This document shows, in pieces, positions 23,596-36,659 of a stretch of 56,680 nt of DNA (its first letter is position 1; each line of letters starts with the position of its first letter). The notes under the pieces were generated by a model. The model made no database searches and had not been told where the DNA came from. It saw nothing but the letters and a program-made list of their open reading frames with translations. This DNA is from Chiloscyllium plagiosum (lineage: Eukaryota). The stretch is from contig NC_057720.1 in NCBI RefSeq assembly GCF_004010195.1, positions 3,964,792-4,021,471 on the forward strand. Direction: 5' to 3'. The position numbers were made by a program, and so were the translations under genes.

Positions 23596-24405
23596 GCAAT
23601 TTTTGAGAAGATTTGTAGCTCAGGTTGTAAGTTAGCTCACTGAGCCGGTAGGTTTGTTCTCAGATGTTTCGTCACCATACTAGGTGACATCATCAGTGAG
23701 CCTCCGGTGAAGCGCTGCTGTTCTGTCCCACTTTCAATTTATGGGTCAGGGTCTGTTTCAGTGGGTGATGTCATTTCTGGTTCCTTTTCTCAGAGGTTGG
23801 TAAATGGGGTCCAAATCAATGTGTTTATTGATGGAGTTCCAGTTTGACTGTCAGGCCGCTAGGAATTCCCGTGCATGTCTGTTTAGCCTGTCCCAGGATG
23901 GATGTGTTGTCCCAGTCAAAGTGATGGCCTTCATCCTGTGTATGTAAGGATACTAGTGATAGCTGGGTCATGTCTTTTGGTGGCTAGTTGGTGTTTGTGT
24001 ATCCTGAAACAAGCTAGTTTTCTGCCTGTCTGTCCAGTGTAGTGCTTGTCACAGTCCTTGCAGGGTATTTTGTAAATGATATTAGTTTTCCTGGTTGTTG
24101 GTATAGGGTCCTTTAGATTTATCACTAACTATTTTAGTGTGCTGGTTGGTTTGTGGGCTACCATGATGCCAAGGGGTCAGAGTAGTCTGGGAGTCATCTC
24201 CGAGATGTCTTTGATGTGTCGTAGTGTGGCTGGAGTCTCTGGGCGTGTTGTGACTTCTTGTTTGGGTTTGTTGTTTAAGAATCGGAGGACTGTGTTTCAA
24301 TCGGGTACCCGTTGTTCTTGAATACGCTGTATAAGTATTTTTCTTCTGCTGCTCATCGTTCCTGGGTGCTGCAGTGTGTTGTGGCCCATTTAAATAAAGT
24401 TTTGG
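23596..24405 (-). mobile_element. Penelope-like element (Poseidon-type), GIY-YIG 3' part + pLTR, inserted in an L2-tailed SINE
   Basis: INLKDPIPTTRKTNIIYKIPCKDCDKHYTGQTGRKLA..RIHKH is a GIY-YIG motif. The host SINE halves are at ~23360-23595 and ~24408-24520. Confidence 0.88.
23659..23700 (-). ncRNA. Minimal type-I hammerhead ribozyme motif (Penelope pLTR)
   Basis: Reverse complement reads CUCA-CUGAUGA-U-GUCACC-UAGUAU-GGUGAC-GAAA-CAUC-UGAG: perfect 4-bp stem I, 6-bp stem II and intact core. Helix III is ACAU (probably CpG-decayed ACGU). Confidence 0.75.
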
Positions 24406-24599
24406 TTTTATTGAATTTTATTGAATTCAAATTCCACGATCTGCCATGACGGGATTTGAACCCGGATTCCCTGGGTCTCTGGATTAACATCCCAGTGATA
24501 ATGCCACTGGACCATTGCCTCCCCCCATTTTACTGACCGAACGTGCTGACTAGCAGCTGTTGGGTTGGCCCTGGAGAATGGTGTTGAACAGAGACGCAA

Positions 24600-25620
24600 G
24601 GGGGTGCAGCTGGATGGTTCTTTGGGAAGTAGTGTCACAGGGAGATAGGGCGGTGAAGAAGGCATTTGGCACAGTGGCCTTCGTCAGTCAGAGCATTGAG
24701 TACAGGAGTTGGGAAGTTGTGTTACAGCTGTACCGGACACTGGTAAGGACACATTTGTGTATACTTCAGGTTGCCCTATTATCAGAAGGATGTTGTGAAA
24801 CTGGATGGGGTTCAAAAAACTTTCCAAGGATGTTACTGGGAGGGGGAGGATCTGAGTTATAAGGAGAGGCTGGATGGGCTGGGACTTTTTTCACTGGAAT
24901 GTAGGAGGCTGAGGGGTGACCTTTATAAAATCATTAGGGGCATAGTCAATAGTCATAGTGAATAGTCAAGATCTTAAACCAAGGATAGGGGATTCCAAAA
25001 CTAGAGAGCATAGGTTTAAGGTGAGAGGGGAGAGATGTAAAAGGGACCTGAGGGGTAACGTTTTCATGCAGAGGGTGGTGCATATATGGAATGACCTGCC
25101 AGAAGGTGACACGGTGGCTCAGTGGTTAGCACTGCTGCCTCACAGCACCAGGGTCCCAGGTTCCATTCCAGCCTCGGGCGACTGTGTGGAGTTTGCACAT
25201 TCTCCCCGTGTCTGCGTGGGCTTCCTCCGGGTGCTCCAGTTTTTTCCCACAGTCCAAAGATGTGCAGGCCAGGTGAATTGGTCATGCTAAATTGCCCGTA
25301 GTGTTAGGTGCATTAGTCAGAGGGAAATGGGTCTGGGTTGGTTACTCTTCGGAGGGTCGGTGTGGACTGGTTGAGCCGAAGGGCTTGTTTCCACACTGTA
25401 GGGAATCTAATCATCTAATCTAATCAAGAAATAATCGACGTGGATACAATAATAACTTTAAAAAAAAAAAAAACACCTGGACAGGTACATGAATAGGAAG
25501 GGTTTAGATGGAAACGGGCCAAACACAGAAAAATGGGTCTAGTTTTAGTTTGGGAAACTTGGTCAGCATGGATGGGTTAGGCTGAAGGGTCTGTTTCTGT
25601 GTTGTATGATTCTATGGTCC
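24600..25620 (+). mobile_element. CR1 3' portion with nested HE1 SINE (25105-25425)
   Basis: CR1 ORF2 C-terminal motifs on both sides of a complete SINE. Confidence 0.88.
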
Positions 25621-25754
25621 ATTTGGTTGATGGATTAATACTGACTGGGACACAGGACTGTACAGGCATCACTTTGTAAATTCCAGATGGTTGATTTTTT
25701 TTTTAACATCACATGTCAGATTGACAGTGACTGTTATCATTGTTGTTATTGCAG

Positions 25755-25904
25755 AGATTTGTCACATTCTTTCAGAGGAGATGCAACCAGAGGGTGTGTT
25801 TATCAGATCAGTTGGAGTTCCTGAATGGTTGGTATATCCTGATCATTATCAGTGACCTTTTCACTGTCACAGGCTCTATCATGAAGATGGAGATCACGGC
25901 CAAG
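25755..25904 (+). CDS. MCOLN2: Mucolipin coding exon (S2-S3 linker, S3)
   Basis: ttattgcag|AGA...AAG|gtatga. 150 nt, RFVTFFQRRCNQRVCLSDQLEFLNGWYILIIISDLFTVTGSIMKMEITAK, containing the EF.NGWY motif. Confidence 0.96.
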
Positions 25905-26740
25905 GTATGACTTGAGGAATGTCAGACATTACATGGGAGGGAGTCACTTTTACAAATGTGCTGTCAATCCTGAGACTGAACCTGCACCTCTCCATATCCT
26001 TTATTGTGTTGTAAAATTTAGTAAACCAGACCAGTGAACAATTGCACTCTCCCTCACTCACCCCCACTCACCTCACTCCTCCCTCACTCTCTCTCCCTCC
26101 CCCTCACTGACTCCCATTCACCTCAGTCCTCACTCACACTTGACATATCTGTTTTAATATCATGACCTACAGGTTCTTTTAAATCCCCAGTCCTTTAAAC
26201 ATGAAAAATTATTGTCAGTTTGAGTTGGAAACAGCTCTCTGTCCTGGATTGCTTTGACTGAGAGGCCATCAGACACGGCCTTGAAAATCCCAGTCGTTGC
26301 TGCAGTTCCATGGACATGTTTGTTGACATTTCCCAACGTTTGTGATGATAAAGGAGGTTATTGTAAATTATTGGCTGAATGTTCAATGCTGTAAAAGGCC
26401 TTATCTCAATAGAGGAGAATAGTGAGTTTAAATATTAATCAACAGTTTAAAGAGGTTATTATCAATAGCTATTTTCTAATGTGGTAACTGAATACTGTGA
26501 GACCAGAACACAGAGGAGCCCATTCAGCCCATCGAGCCTGCTCTGCCACTTAATGAGATCATGGTTGATCTGATAATCCAAAACTCCACTTGTCTGACTT
26601 TTTACCATAATCACTGATTCCCCTTTTACATTGAAATCTATCTATCTGTCGGCTTTGAATACACTGAATGACCCAGCCTCGACAGCCCTCTGTGGTAAAG
26701 AATTCCCCAGATTCACTCCCCTCTGAGAGAAGAAATTCTT

Positions 26741-27305
26741 CCGAGGTCATGCTTCAGCTGTACAAGACACCGGTGCGGCCACACCTGAAATACTGCATAC
26801 CGTTCTGGTCACCGCATTACAGGAAGGATGTGGGAGCTTTGGAAAGGGTTCAGAAGAGATTTACTAAGATGTTGCCTGGTATGGAGGGAAGGCCTTATGT
26901 GGAAAGGCTGAGGAAACCGAGGCTGTTTTCATTAGAGAGAAGAAGTTTGGGAGGTGATTTAATTGAGACATATGAGAGGGTTAGATACGGTGGAGAGTGA
27001 GAGCTTTTTTCCTCTGATGGCGAAGGCCAATACGAGGGGTCATAGCTTTAAATTGAGGGGTGATAGATTTAGGACAGATATCAGGGGGGAGTTTCTTTAC
27101 TCAGAGAATAGTAGGGGCATGGAACAGCCTGCCTGGAACAGGAGGAGACTCACTGATGTTAAGGACACTTAAATGGGCATTGGTCATGCACATGGATAAA
27201 AATAGAATGGTGTAAGTTAGATGGGCATCAGATTAATTTCACTGGTTAGTGCAACATCGAGGGCTGAAGGGGCTGTACTGCGCTGTAACGTTCTATCTTC
27301 TATGT
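26741..27305 (+). mobile_element. CR1 3' portion nested in an oppositely oriented older CR1 (26500-26740 and 27306-27640, - strand)
   Basis: LYKTPVRPHLKYCIPFWSPHYRKD motif and a (ttctat)n tail. The host sequence resumes in register after the insertion. Confidence 0.88.
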
Positions 27306-27644
27306 TCCTCACCCCTGTCTTAAATGGGTGCCCTCTTACTCTGAGATCATTCCTTCTGATCCGAAACACTCCCACAAGGGGAAACAATCTTTCCGCATCT
27401 CCATTGTCAGGTCCCTGGTAGAATCTCGCATATTTCAATGAGGTCACCTCTTATTCTTCTCTACTGCAGTGAGCATGGGTCAAATCTACTCACCCTCTCC
27501 TCGTAAGGCAGCTCCTCCATACCTGGGATCAGCTGAGTGAACCCCTTCTCTGGACTGCCTCCGATGCCAGTGTACCTTTCCTTAGATAAGGGGCTCAAAA
27601 CTGTTCACAATATTCCAGCTGTTGTCTGACTAGAGTTTTCCATT

Positions 27645-28040
27645 GAGGAGAAAGTGAGGTCTGCAGATGCTGGAGATCAGAGCTGAAAAATGTGTTGCTG
27701 GAAAAGCGCAGCAGGTCAGGCAGCATCCAGGGAGCAGGAGAATCGACATGAGCCCTTCTTTAGGAATGAGGAAGGTGTGCCAAGCAGGCTAAGATAAAAG
27801 ATAGGGAGGAAGGACTTGGGGGAAGGGCGTTGGAAATGTGATCGGTGGAAGGAGGTAAAGGTGAGGGTGATAGGCCGGAGTGGGGGGTGGGGGCGGAGAG
27901 GTCAGAAAGAAGATTGCAGGTTAGGAAGATGGTGCTGAGTTCGAGGGTTGGGACTGAGACAAGGTGGGGGGAGGGGAAATGAGGAAACTGGAGAAATCTG
28001 AGTTCATCCCTTGTGGTTGGAGGGTTCCTAGGCGGAAGTG
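27645..28040 (-). mobile_element. Truncated Neptune-type Penelope 3' end + family-B pLTR
   Basis: Shares the pLTR and purine-rich 3' region with the 19417 and 39085 copies. Confidence 0.8.
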
Positions 28041-29196
28041 TGAGATTATTCACTTTGGCAGCAAAAACAGGAAGGTAGCTTAATACCTGAATGGCTATAA
28101 ATTGAGAGAGGGGACTGTGCTACAACACCTGGGTGTCCCTGTACACCAGTCAATGAAAGTAAGTGTGCAGGTGGAATGGGCAGTGGAAAAGGCAAATGGT
28201 ATGTTGGCCTTCATATTGATAGGATTTGAGTATGGGACAGGGATGTCTTGCTACGATTGTACAGGAACTTTGGTCAGACAACACCTGAAACATTGTATGG
28301 TTTCAGTCTCCTTAGCTGACAAAGCAATGGAGGGAGAGTAACAACATTTTACCAGCCTGATTCCTGCCCTGCTAGCAGTGGTGTTTGGATTGTTATCCTT
28401 TTCAATTCATTCATTCATTGGATGCGGGCATTGCTGGCTTGGCTAGTATTTATTGCCCATCCCTAATTGCCTCAGAGGGGGGTTAAGATCAACCACGTTG
28501 CTGTGGGTCTGGTGTCACATTTAGACCAGACCAGGTAAGGATGGCAGCTTCCTTCCCTAAAAGACATTAGTGAACCAGATGGGCTTTTCCAACAATCAAC
28601 TTGTGGTCATTATTAGATTTTTAATTCCAGACTTGTATGGAATTCAAATTCTACCATCCAGCACGGCATAATTGAAACCCAGGACCCCAACATTACCTGG
28701 TCCCTGGACTAACAATCCAGCGATAATACCACTAGGACATTGCCTCCCATGGTTAGGACTATATTCACAGGGTTCAGAACTTGAGTTCTGAAGATACCTC
28801 ATTGGACTTGAGATGCTAACCCTGTTTTATCACCAGAGATGCTGCAAGACCTGCTGGGATTCCCAGCAGATCCTGTTTTTGTTATTTTCAGTTGGTTGTT
28901 GGTATAGCCAAGAGCGCATTTGTGGTTGTTCAGTGAGTGGTGTCCAATTGCTAAATTCACATCTAACAATGGTCATTTGATTTGGGTTTGACAGCCACAG
29001 GCTGATTGGGATGAGCAGCACTCACAGTGAATACAGCAGCTGATTTCACATGGCAAACTCCCTCAAACCCTGATCAGATAGCAGCTCCTCCTACTCTACC
29101 ATAGAATGTGTGTTGGAACCCTGGGCTAGGGCTTGAAGCCAGGACTCTGTGCTTCAGAAATCGGAGCACTAACTGACTGAGCAATGGCTTTGCAGT

Positions 29197-31125
29197 AGAG
29201 TCATAGAGTCATCGAGTCATAGAGATATACAGCACGGAAACACACCCTTCGGTCCAATTCATCCATGCCGATCAGATATCCAAACCTAATCTGGTCAAAC
29301 TTGCCAGTACCCGGCCCATAACCCTCCAAACCCTTCCTATTCATATACCCATCCAGATGCCTTTTAAATGTTGTAATTGTACCAGCCTCCACCACTTCCT
29401 CTGGCAGCTCATTCCATACACGTACCACCCTCTGCGTGAAAACATTGTCCCTTAGGTATCTTTTATATCTTTCCCCCTCACCCTAAACCTATGCCCTCTA
29501 GTTCTGGACTCCCCCACCCCAGGGAAAATACTTTGTCTATTTATCTTATCCATGTCCCTCATAATTTTGTAAACCTCTCAGGTCACCCCTCAGCCTCTGA
29601 CACTCCATGGAAAATAGCCCCAGCCGGTTCAGCCTCTCCCTGTAGCTCAGATCCTCCAACTCTGGCAACATCCTTGTAAATCTTTTCTGAACTCTTTCAA
29701 GTTTGACAACATTCTTCCAATAGGAAGGAGACCAGAATTGCACGCAATATTCCAAAAGTGGCCGAACCAATGTCCTGTACAGCCGCAACACGACCTCCCA
29801 ACTCCTGTACTCAATACTCTGACCAATAAAGGAAAGCATATCAAATGCCTTCTTTACTATCCTATCTAGCTGCGACTCCACTTTCAAGTAGCTATGAACC
29901 TGCACTCCAAGGTCTCTTTGTTCAGCAACACTCCTTAGGACCTTGCCATTAAGTCCTGCTAAGATTTGCTTTCCCAAAATGCAGCACCGCACATTTATCT
30001 AAATTAAACTCATCTGCCACTGCTCAGCCTATTGGCCCATCTGATCAAGATCCCTTTGTAATCTGAGGTAACCTTCTTTCCTGTCCACTACACCTCCAAT
30101 TTTGGTATCATCTGCAAACATATGAACTGTACCTCTTATGTTCGCATCCAAATCATTTATATAAATTGACAAAAAGTAGAGGACCCAGCACCGATCCTTG
30201 TGGCACTCCACTGGTCACAGGCCTCCAGTCTGAAAAAGAACTCTCCAAAACCACCCTGTCTTCTATCTTTGAGCCAGTTCTATATTCCATGAGATCTGAC
30301 CTTGCTAACCAATCTCCCATGGGGGACCTTGTCCAATGCCTTATGATATCTGTGTAGGTTTGCTCCCACAATACAAATCTGTGTAGGTCAGATCAGTTGG
30401 CCATGTTAAATTGCCCATAGCATTATAGATCATGTCTACTGACCTTATAGATCATGTCTACTGCACTGCCCTCATCGATCCTCTTTGTTACTTCTTCAAA
30501 AACTCAATTAAGTTTGTGAGATATGATTTCCCATGCTCAAAGCCATGTTGACCATCCCGAATCAGTCCTTGCCTTTCCAAATACATGTACATCCTGTCCC
30601 TCAGGATTCCCTCCAACAACTTGCCCACCACCGATGTCAGGCTCACTGGTCTATAGTTCCCTGGCTTGTCCTTACCACCCTTCTTAAACAGTGGCACCAG
30701 GATAGCCAACCTCCAGTCTTCTGGCACCTCACCTGTGACTATCGATGATACAAATATCTGCACAAGAGGCCCCCCACAGAGTTCTAGGGTACACCTGATC
30801 AGGTCCTGGGGATTTATCTACTTTTATGTATTTCAAGGCATCCAGCACTTCCTACTCTGTAGTATGGACATTTTCCAAGATGTCACCATCTATTTTCCCA
30901 CATTCTATATCTTCCATGTGCTTCTCCAGTAATCACTGATGCAAAATAGTCATTTAGTATCTCCCCCATCTCCTGTGGCTCCACACAAAGACTGCCTTGC
31001 TGATCTTTGAAGGGCCCTATTCTCTCCCTAGTTACCTTTGGACTCTCCTTAACCCTACTTGCCAAAGCTATCGCATGTCCCCTTTTTGCCCTCCTGATTT
31101 CCCTCTTAAGTATACTCCTACTTCT
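29197..31125 (-). mobile_element. Long CR1 ORF2 fragment
   Basis: PGNYRPVSLTSVVGKLLEGI, QHGF, GVPQGSVLGPLLF, FADDTK, LEYCVQFWSP and a (atgactct)n tail. Confidence 0.95.
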
Positions 31126-31324
31126 AGGTTTCTCATTGTGAGGACAACACATAAATGAGTATTCCAAATTCTCCCTAACTAAGTCCAACACAAATTTAAC
31201 AAACATCCAGTTCTATACTTCTAGAAATACACCTTAGTGATTTACAGCACTTTTAATTACTTTGCTTTTTTTAAGATTCCTTTAATGATTTATTCTCCTG
31301 TATCCCTGGATATCTTTCTTAACT

Positions 31325-31809
31325 AGGGAGAAAGTGAGGACTGCAGATACGTTTAGATTAGATTTAGTTACAGTGTGGAAACAGGCCGATCGGCCCAACA
31401 AGTCCACACCGACCCTTTGAAGCACAACCCACCCAGACCCATTCCCCTACATTTACCCCTTCACCTAACATTAATGGCAATTTAGTATGGCCAATTCACC
31501 TAACCCCCACATTTTTGGACTGCGAGGAAACCGGAGCACCCGGAGGAAACCCACGCAGACATAGGGAGAATGTGCAAACTCCACATAGAGAGTCGCCTGA
31601 GGCGGGCATTGAACCCGGGTCTCTGGTGCTGTGAGGCAGCAGTGCTAACCACTGCGCCACCGTGCCACGGAGAGCAGAGTCGAGAGTGTGGTGCTGGAAA
31701 AGCACAGCAGGGCAGGCAGCATCCGAGAAGCAGGAGAATCGATGTTTCGGGAATCCTGGTGAGAGGCTTATGCCTGAAACATCGATTCTCCTACTCCTCG
31801 GATGCTAAC
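31325..31809. mobile_element. Family-B fold-back with nested HE1 SINE (31352-31668, - strand)
   Basis: Perfect 14-bp TSD tatctttctcaact at 31311-31324 and 31810-31823. Ends about 70 bp before the S4 exon. Confidence 0.88.
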
Positions 31810-31881
31810 TATCTTTCTCAACTGCCCAGATGAGGTTGCATATTCTTGAGGTATATTATCACGCACTGTTTTTGATTTCAG

Positions 31882-31983
31882 AACCTTACAACGTACGACA
31901 TCTGTAGCATTTTCTTGGGCACCTCTACCTTGTTCACTTGGGTCGGAGTCATCAGATACCTGGGCTACTTCCAGAAATATAAC
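31882..31983 (+). CDS. MCOLN2: Mucolipin coding exon (S4)
   Basis: ttttgatttcag|AAC...AAC|gtaagt. 102 nt, [34 protein letters not shown]. Confidence 0.97.
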
Positions 31984-32517
31984 GTAAGTGTCACCATGGA
32001 ATCATGGACTGGACTTCCTGATTGGGAAGATGCTGGAAATTATGATGGTTTGGCAACATTTCACATTTGCACTGAAATTAATCCGTGTTATCACAAAACT
32101 GAAAATCTTCACAAACCATGCGCCATAACCGAATGGGATGGCTTCTCTTTCTCCATCAGTTGATATTTCTCGGTTTATTTAGTGGTCGGGATTTGGTGCA
32201 CTTTCAGGAAATCAGTGGAAATATCATCAAAGATAATGTGCACTCCTCAACCATGCTATTGAGCTGATTTAAAATCCCTGAAAATCACTAAAAGTAAATC
32301 AACTCCAACCAGTAACAAATAAACAGCAAAAGATCTGCAGATGCTGTAAACCAGAGAAAAACAAATTGCTGGAAAAGCTCAGCAGATCTGGCAGCGTCTG
32401 TGGAGAGAAATCAGAGTTAACCATTTGGGTATGGTGACCCTTTGTCAGAACTGTTTGTTTACAACTCCTAACAGTTTTATTGGTGCATATAAATCTGATT
32501 CTGAATACAAAAATGTA

Positions 32518-32862
32518 CTGGTGTAGTGGTTATGTCACTGGCTGAGTAATCCAGAGGCCCAGGTTAATGCTGAGGACCAGGGGTTCAAATCTCACCATAG
32601 CCCTTGATGAATTTTATTAATCAATTAATAAATTTGAAATATAGACTCAGTGATGGCAGCCATGAACCCATTGTCAAATAAAACCCCCATATGGTTCACT
32701 AATGTCCTTCAGGGAAGGAAAGTGCTATCCTTACCTGGTCTGGCCTACATGTGACTCCAGACTCTCAGCAACGTGGTTGACTCTAATTGCCCTCTGGGCA
32801 ATGAGTAACAAATGTTGTCCTAGCCAGCAACATGCACATCCCCATCCCATGAATAAAAATAA
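32518..32862 (+). mobile_element. tRNA-headed SINE with L2-like tail (second SINE family)
   Basis: gtgtagtggt...ggttcaaatc head, core ggttcactaatgtccttcagggaagga...ccttacctggtctggcctacatgtgactccaga. Related copies at ~28405-28750 and ~44200-44400 (- strand). Confidence 0.75.
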
Positions 32863-33201
32863 ATAATTCCTTAATTACTTCAATAGTTTTAACTTGAAAA
32901 ATCACTTAAGAAGTGCACACCTCAGATGCTGAGCCTGATTTGAAGAGGCTTCCCAAGTGAGCTCATTCACAGAATCATGACGTTTCGATGTTGGGAAGAT
33001 TTGTGACAATCTGAGGAGTTGAGCATTGAACCAAAAATTGTGGCTAACACTTCTGGCCAAAACTCACTCACTCTTAAAATGATCCAAATTGTTATGCTGT
33101 TTCAGCCAGAAATGCAAAAACTTGACCCCAATGACTTTCTGAAAAGTTCCAGCCAGGTATGGGGTATATGCCTGGTTTAATGCTGCTTTACCTGTTCACA
33201 G

Positions 33202-33324
33202 GTGCTCATTTTAACAATGCAAGGAGCTTTGCCCAAAGTACTGCGGTTCTGTTGCTGTGCTGGCATGATCTACCTGGGCTATATGTTCTGTGGGTGGATC
33301 GTATTGGGACCATATCATTCGAAG
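33202..33324 (+). CDS. MCOLN2: Mucolipin coding exon (S5)
   Basis: ctgttcacag|GTG...AAG|gtaatc. 123 nt, VLILTMQGALPKVLRFCCCAGMIYLGYMFCGWIVLGPYHSK. LPKVLRF and AGMIY are MCOLN2-type. Confidence 0.97.
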
Positions 33325-33469
33325 GTAATCGCTGCTGAAGTAACAACCCAATGAATAGACTGAGAGGACTGCTGCTTATTTCCAGGATGTTCTGGTTTCA
33401 GCTTTTCTCATAGAGGAGGGGAGGGAAGACAATGGCCTTGTGCTATTATCACTAGACTATTAATCCAAC

Positions 33470-34420
33470 CCCAGTCTATTCAGCCTCTCCCTATAGCTCA
33501 AATCCTCCAACCCTGGCAACATCCTTGTAAATCTTTTCTGAACCCTTTCAAGTTTCACAACATCCTTCCAATAGCAGGGAGACCAGAATTGAATGCGGTA
33601 TTCCAAAAGTGGTCAAGCCAATGTCCTGTGCAGCCACAACGTGACCTCCCAACTCCTTTACTCAGTGCATTGACCAATAAAAGCAAGCATGCCAAATACC
33701 TTCTCCACCACCCTGTCTACCTGTGACATCACTTTCAGGGAACTATGCACCGGCACCATTACATCTCTTTGTTTAGCAACACTACCCAGGGCCCTACCAT
33801 TAAGTCCTGTCTTGATTTGTCTTTCCAAAATGCAGCATTTCACATTTATCTAAATTAATCTTATCTCTCACTCCTCAGCCCATTGGCCCATCTGATCAAA
33901 TCCCATTTTACTCTGAGGTAACCTTCTTTGCTGTCCACTACTTCACCAATTTTGGTGTCATCTGCAAACGTACTAACCACCCTTCCTATATACACATCTA
34001 AATCGTTTATATTAATGATGAAAAGCAATGGACCCACCATCGATCCTTGAGGCACTCCACTGGTCACAGGTCTCCAGTCTGAAAAGAGAGCCTCCACCAC
34101 CACCCTCTGTCTCCTACCTTCAAGCAAATTTGTTTCCAATTGGTTAACACCCTGGATCCCATGTGATCTAATCTTGCTAACCAATCTACCATGCAGAAAC
34201 TTGTCAAATGCCTTGCTGAAATCCATATAGACAAGGTTTGCCACTCTGCCCTCATCAATCTTCTTTGTCACTTCTTCAAAAAACTTAATTGAGTTCATGA
34301 GACATGATTTCCCACGCACAAAGCCATGTTGACTCTCCCTAATAAGTCCTTGCCTTTCCAAATGCACGTGAATTGTGTCCCTCAGGATTCCCTCCAACAA
34401 CTTGCCCACCACTGACTGAA
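33470..34420 (-). mobile_element. CR1 RT fragment
   Basis: 188-aa ORF with QHGF..GKSC, VYMDFSKAFDK, GVPQGS and FADDTK. Confidence 0.95.
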
Positions 34421-35064
34421 CGCTCACCTGTCTCCGCTCCCCGGCTTTTCTTTACTCCCCTTCTGTTTCTCTTCCCACCCAGCCTGTGCAATTAAACTCT
34501 TATTTGGAAGGAGTTTATAGCCTCCTTTTTCTTCCCATTGGAATGGATTGATGGGAATATATAAAGTTACAGTGGGGGTGGAATCTGGCTGACAGAAAGC
34601 TGACTCCCCCAAATGGGTTTCACCCAGAGTCATTTCCCAGCATGGCTTTTGCTCAGATTTCAGTTTGCCATTTACAGATGTGTTGGCCGACACTGACGGG
34701 TTAGATAAATAAATGGAGGTAATTTAAATTGAGCTATCAGTCAGGGTGGGTGTATTGGGACTGACTGTGATACAAACATTGGAATTAGTAGCTCTCTTGG
34801 CCCTTTGACCCTGCTCCACAATTTAATGCAATCCTAGTTGATCTGACCAATTCTCATTCCCAGCTACCCCAGTAGCATTTCACCAAAAATCCTCCACCCC
34901 CACCTTCAAAATATTCCAAGCCCTGCCTTTTAAAGAAGAGATACATGACCCCCTGAGAAAAGAAATCCTTCAGAGGTCTTATCAGGTGATACCTTACCAT
35001 GAAACAGTCACCCATAGTTCTGGATTCTCTCATAATATGAAACATCTTTGCAATATTCCATGTG

Positions 35065-36225
35065 TCAGAGAGATCTATAGCACTGAAATAGCCCTTCGAC
35101 CCATCGTGTTTACACTGGCCAAAAACAGCCACCTGACTTCTCCTTCTCATTCTCATTCTCCAGTACTTGGTCCATAGCCTTGGCATCACAAGTGCCCATC
35201 TAAATCCTTTTTCAATGTGCTGAGGGTTTCAGCCTCTCCCACCCTTACAGGCAGGCAGTTCCAGATTACCCACCCACCTCTGGGTGCAAAAGCCTTTCCT
35301 CACATGCCCCCTCGAAACCTTCTGCCCCTTGCCTTAACTGTATGCCTCACCTCCAGCCATTGATCCCTCCAACAAGGGAGAGGTTTCTTCCTGTTTACCC
35401 TATCAATGCCCTCATCACTTTCTCCAGCTCAATAATGTCCCCTCTTAGTCTCCTCTGCTCTAAAGTAAGCAACCCCAGTCTGTCCAATCTCTCTCCATCA
35501 TTGAAACTCTCCAGCCCAGGCAATGTCCTGGTAAAACACCTCTGCTTCCTCTCCAGTATAATCACATCTCTCTGACAATGTGGGTTCTAGAACTGCACAC
35601 TCTAGCAGTAGCCTAACCAATATTTTATAGTATCACCCTCCTGCTCTTAAACTCAATGTCTCGGCTAATAAAGGCATGTACCCAATGGCATGGAAAGGCA
35701 AATACATTTGAGGACCCCTCAAGATCTTCTATGCTTAATTTGAATTGCTTCCCACTGAGAGCCATAGAGTCATGCAGCACAGAAACAGACCCTCGGTCCA
35801 AACAGTCCATGCCCAACATAATCCCAAACTAAACTAGTCCCACCTGCCTGCTCCTGGCCCATATCCCTCCAAACCTTTCCTATTTATGTATCCATCCAAA
35901 TGTCTTTTAAACATTTTAATTGTACCCACATCCATCACCTCACCAGGAAGTACATTCCACACACTAACCACTCTCTATGTAAAAAATTTACCTCTTATGT
36001 CTTTTATAAATCCCTCTCCTCTCACCTTAAAAATGTGCTCCCTAGTCTTGAAATTCCCCATCTTAGGGGGAAAAGACAATTCCCATAAACTCTATCTATA
36101 CCCCTCATTATTATAAACTTGGCAGGTCACCTCTCAACCTTCTACACTCCATTGAAGAACAGTCTTAGCCTATCCAGCCTTTCTTTATAATGCAAACCTT
36201 CTGTACCCAACAACATCCTTGTAAA
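35065..36225 (-). mobile_element. Two CR1 3' fragments
   Basis: CR1 3'UTR and ORF2 C-terminal sequence like other copies in the window. Confidence 0.8.
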
Positions 36226-36285
36226 CTCACTCATACAAACCCTGCCTGTCCATCTTTGTGAATACTCTAATCTAATTGGTATCAG

Positions 36286-36495
36286 AGTCACAGAGTGTGG
36301 TGCTGGAAAAGCACAGCAGGTCAGGCAACATCCGAGAAGCAGGAGAGACTACGTTTCGAGCATAAGCTTCCTGATGAAGAGCTTATGCCTGAAACGTCGA
36401 TTCTCCTGCTCCTCGGATGCTGCCTGACCTGTTGTGCTTTTCCAGCAACACACTCTTTGACTCTGACCTCTAGTACCTGGAGTCCTCACTTTCTC
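36286..36495. mobile_element. Family-B fold-back mini-element
   Basis: TSD-like ctaatctaattggtatcag / ctagtctgattggtttcag. CTGATGA at 36371 and GAAACGTC at 36391. Confidence 0.85.
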
Positions 36496-36659
36496 CTAGT
36501 CTGATTGGTTTCAGTTCACCATGTGACCAATTGTATATCAGGATGCAGGGCAGCAAATGTATGCAAGCTCCATGACCAGCCATCCATCAAATCAAATATT
36601 TGTGATCTGCACATGTCATGTTCAAATGGCCCTTTTTGTTCTTTCCTCTCTCCTTCCAG

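Noticed and set aside
33861..34427. 188-aa reverse transcriptase ORF as a functional or novel RT system
   Set aside because: Ordinary truncated CR1 ORF2 with a downstream frameshift, one of many copies in the window.
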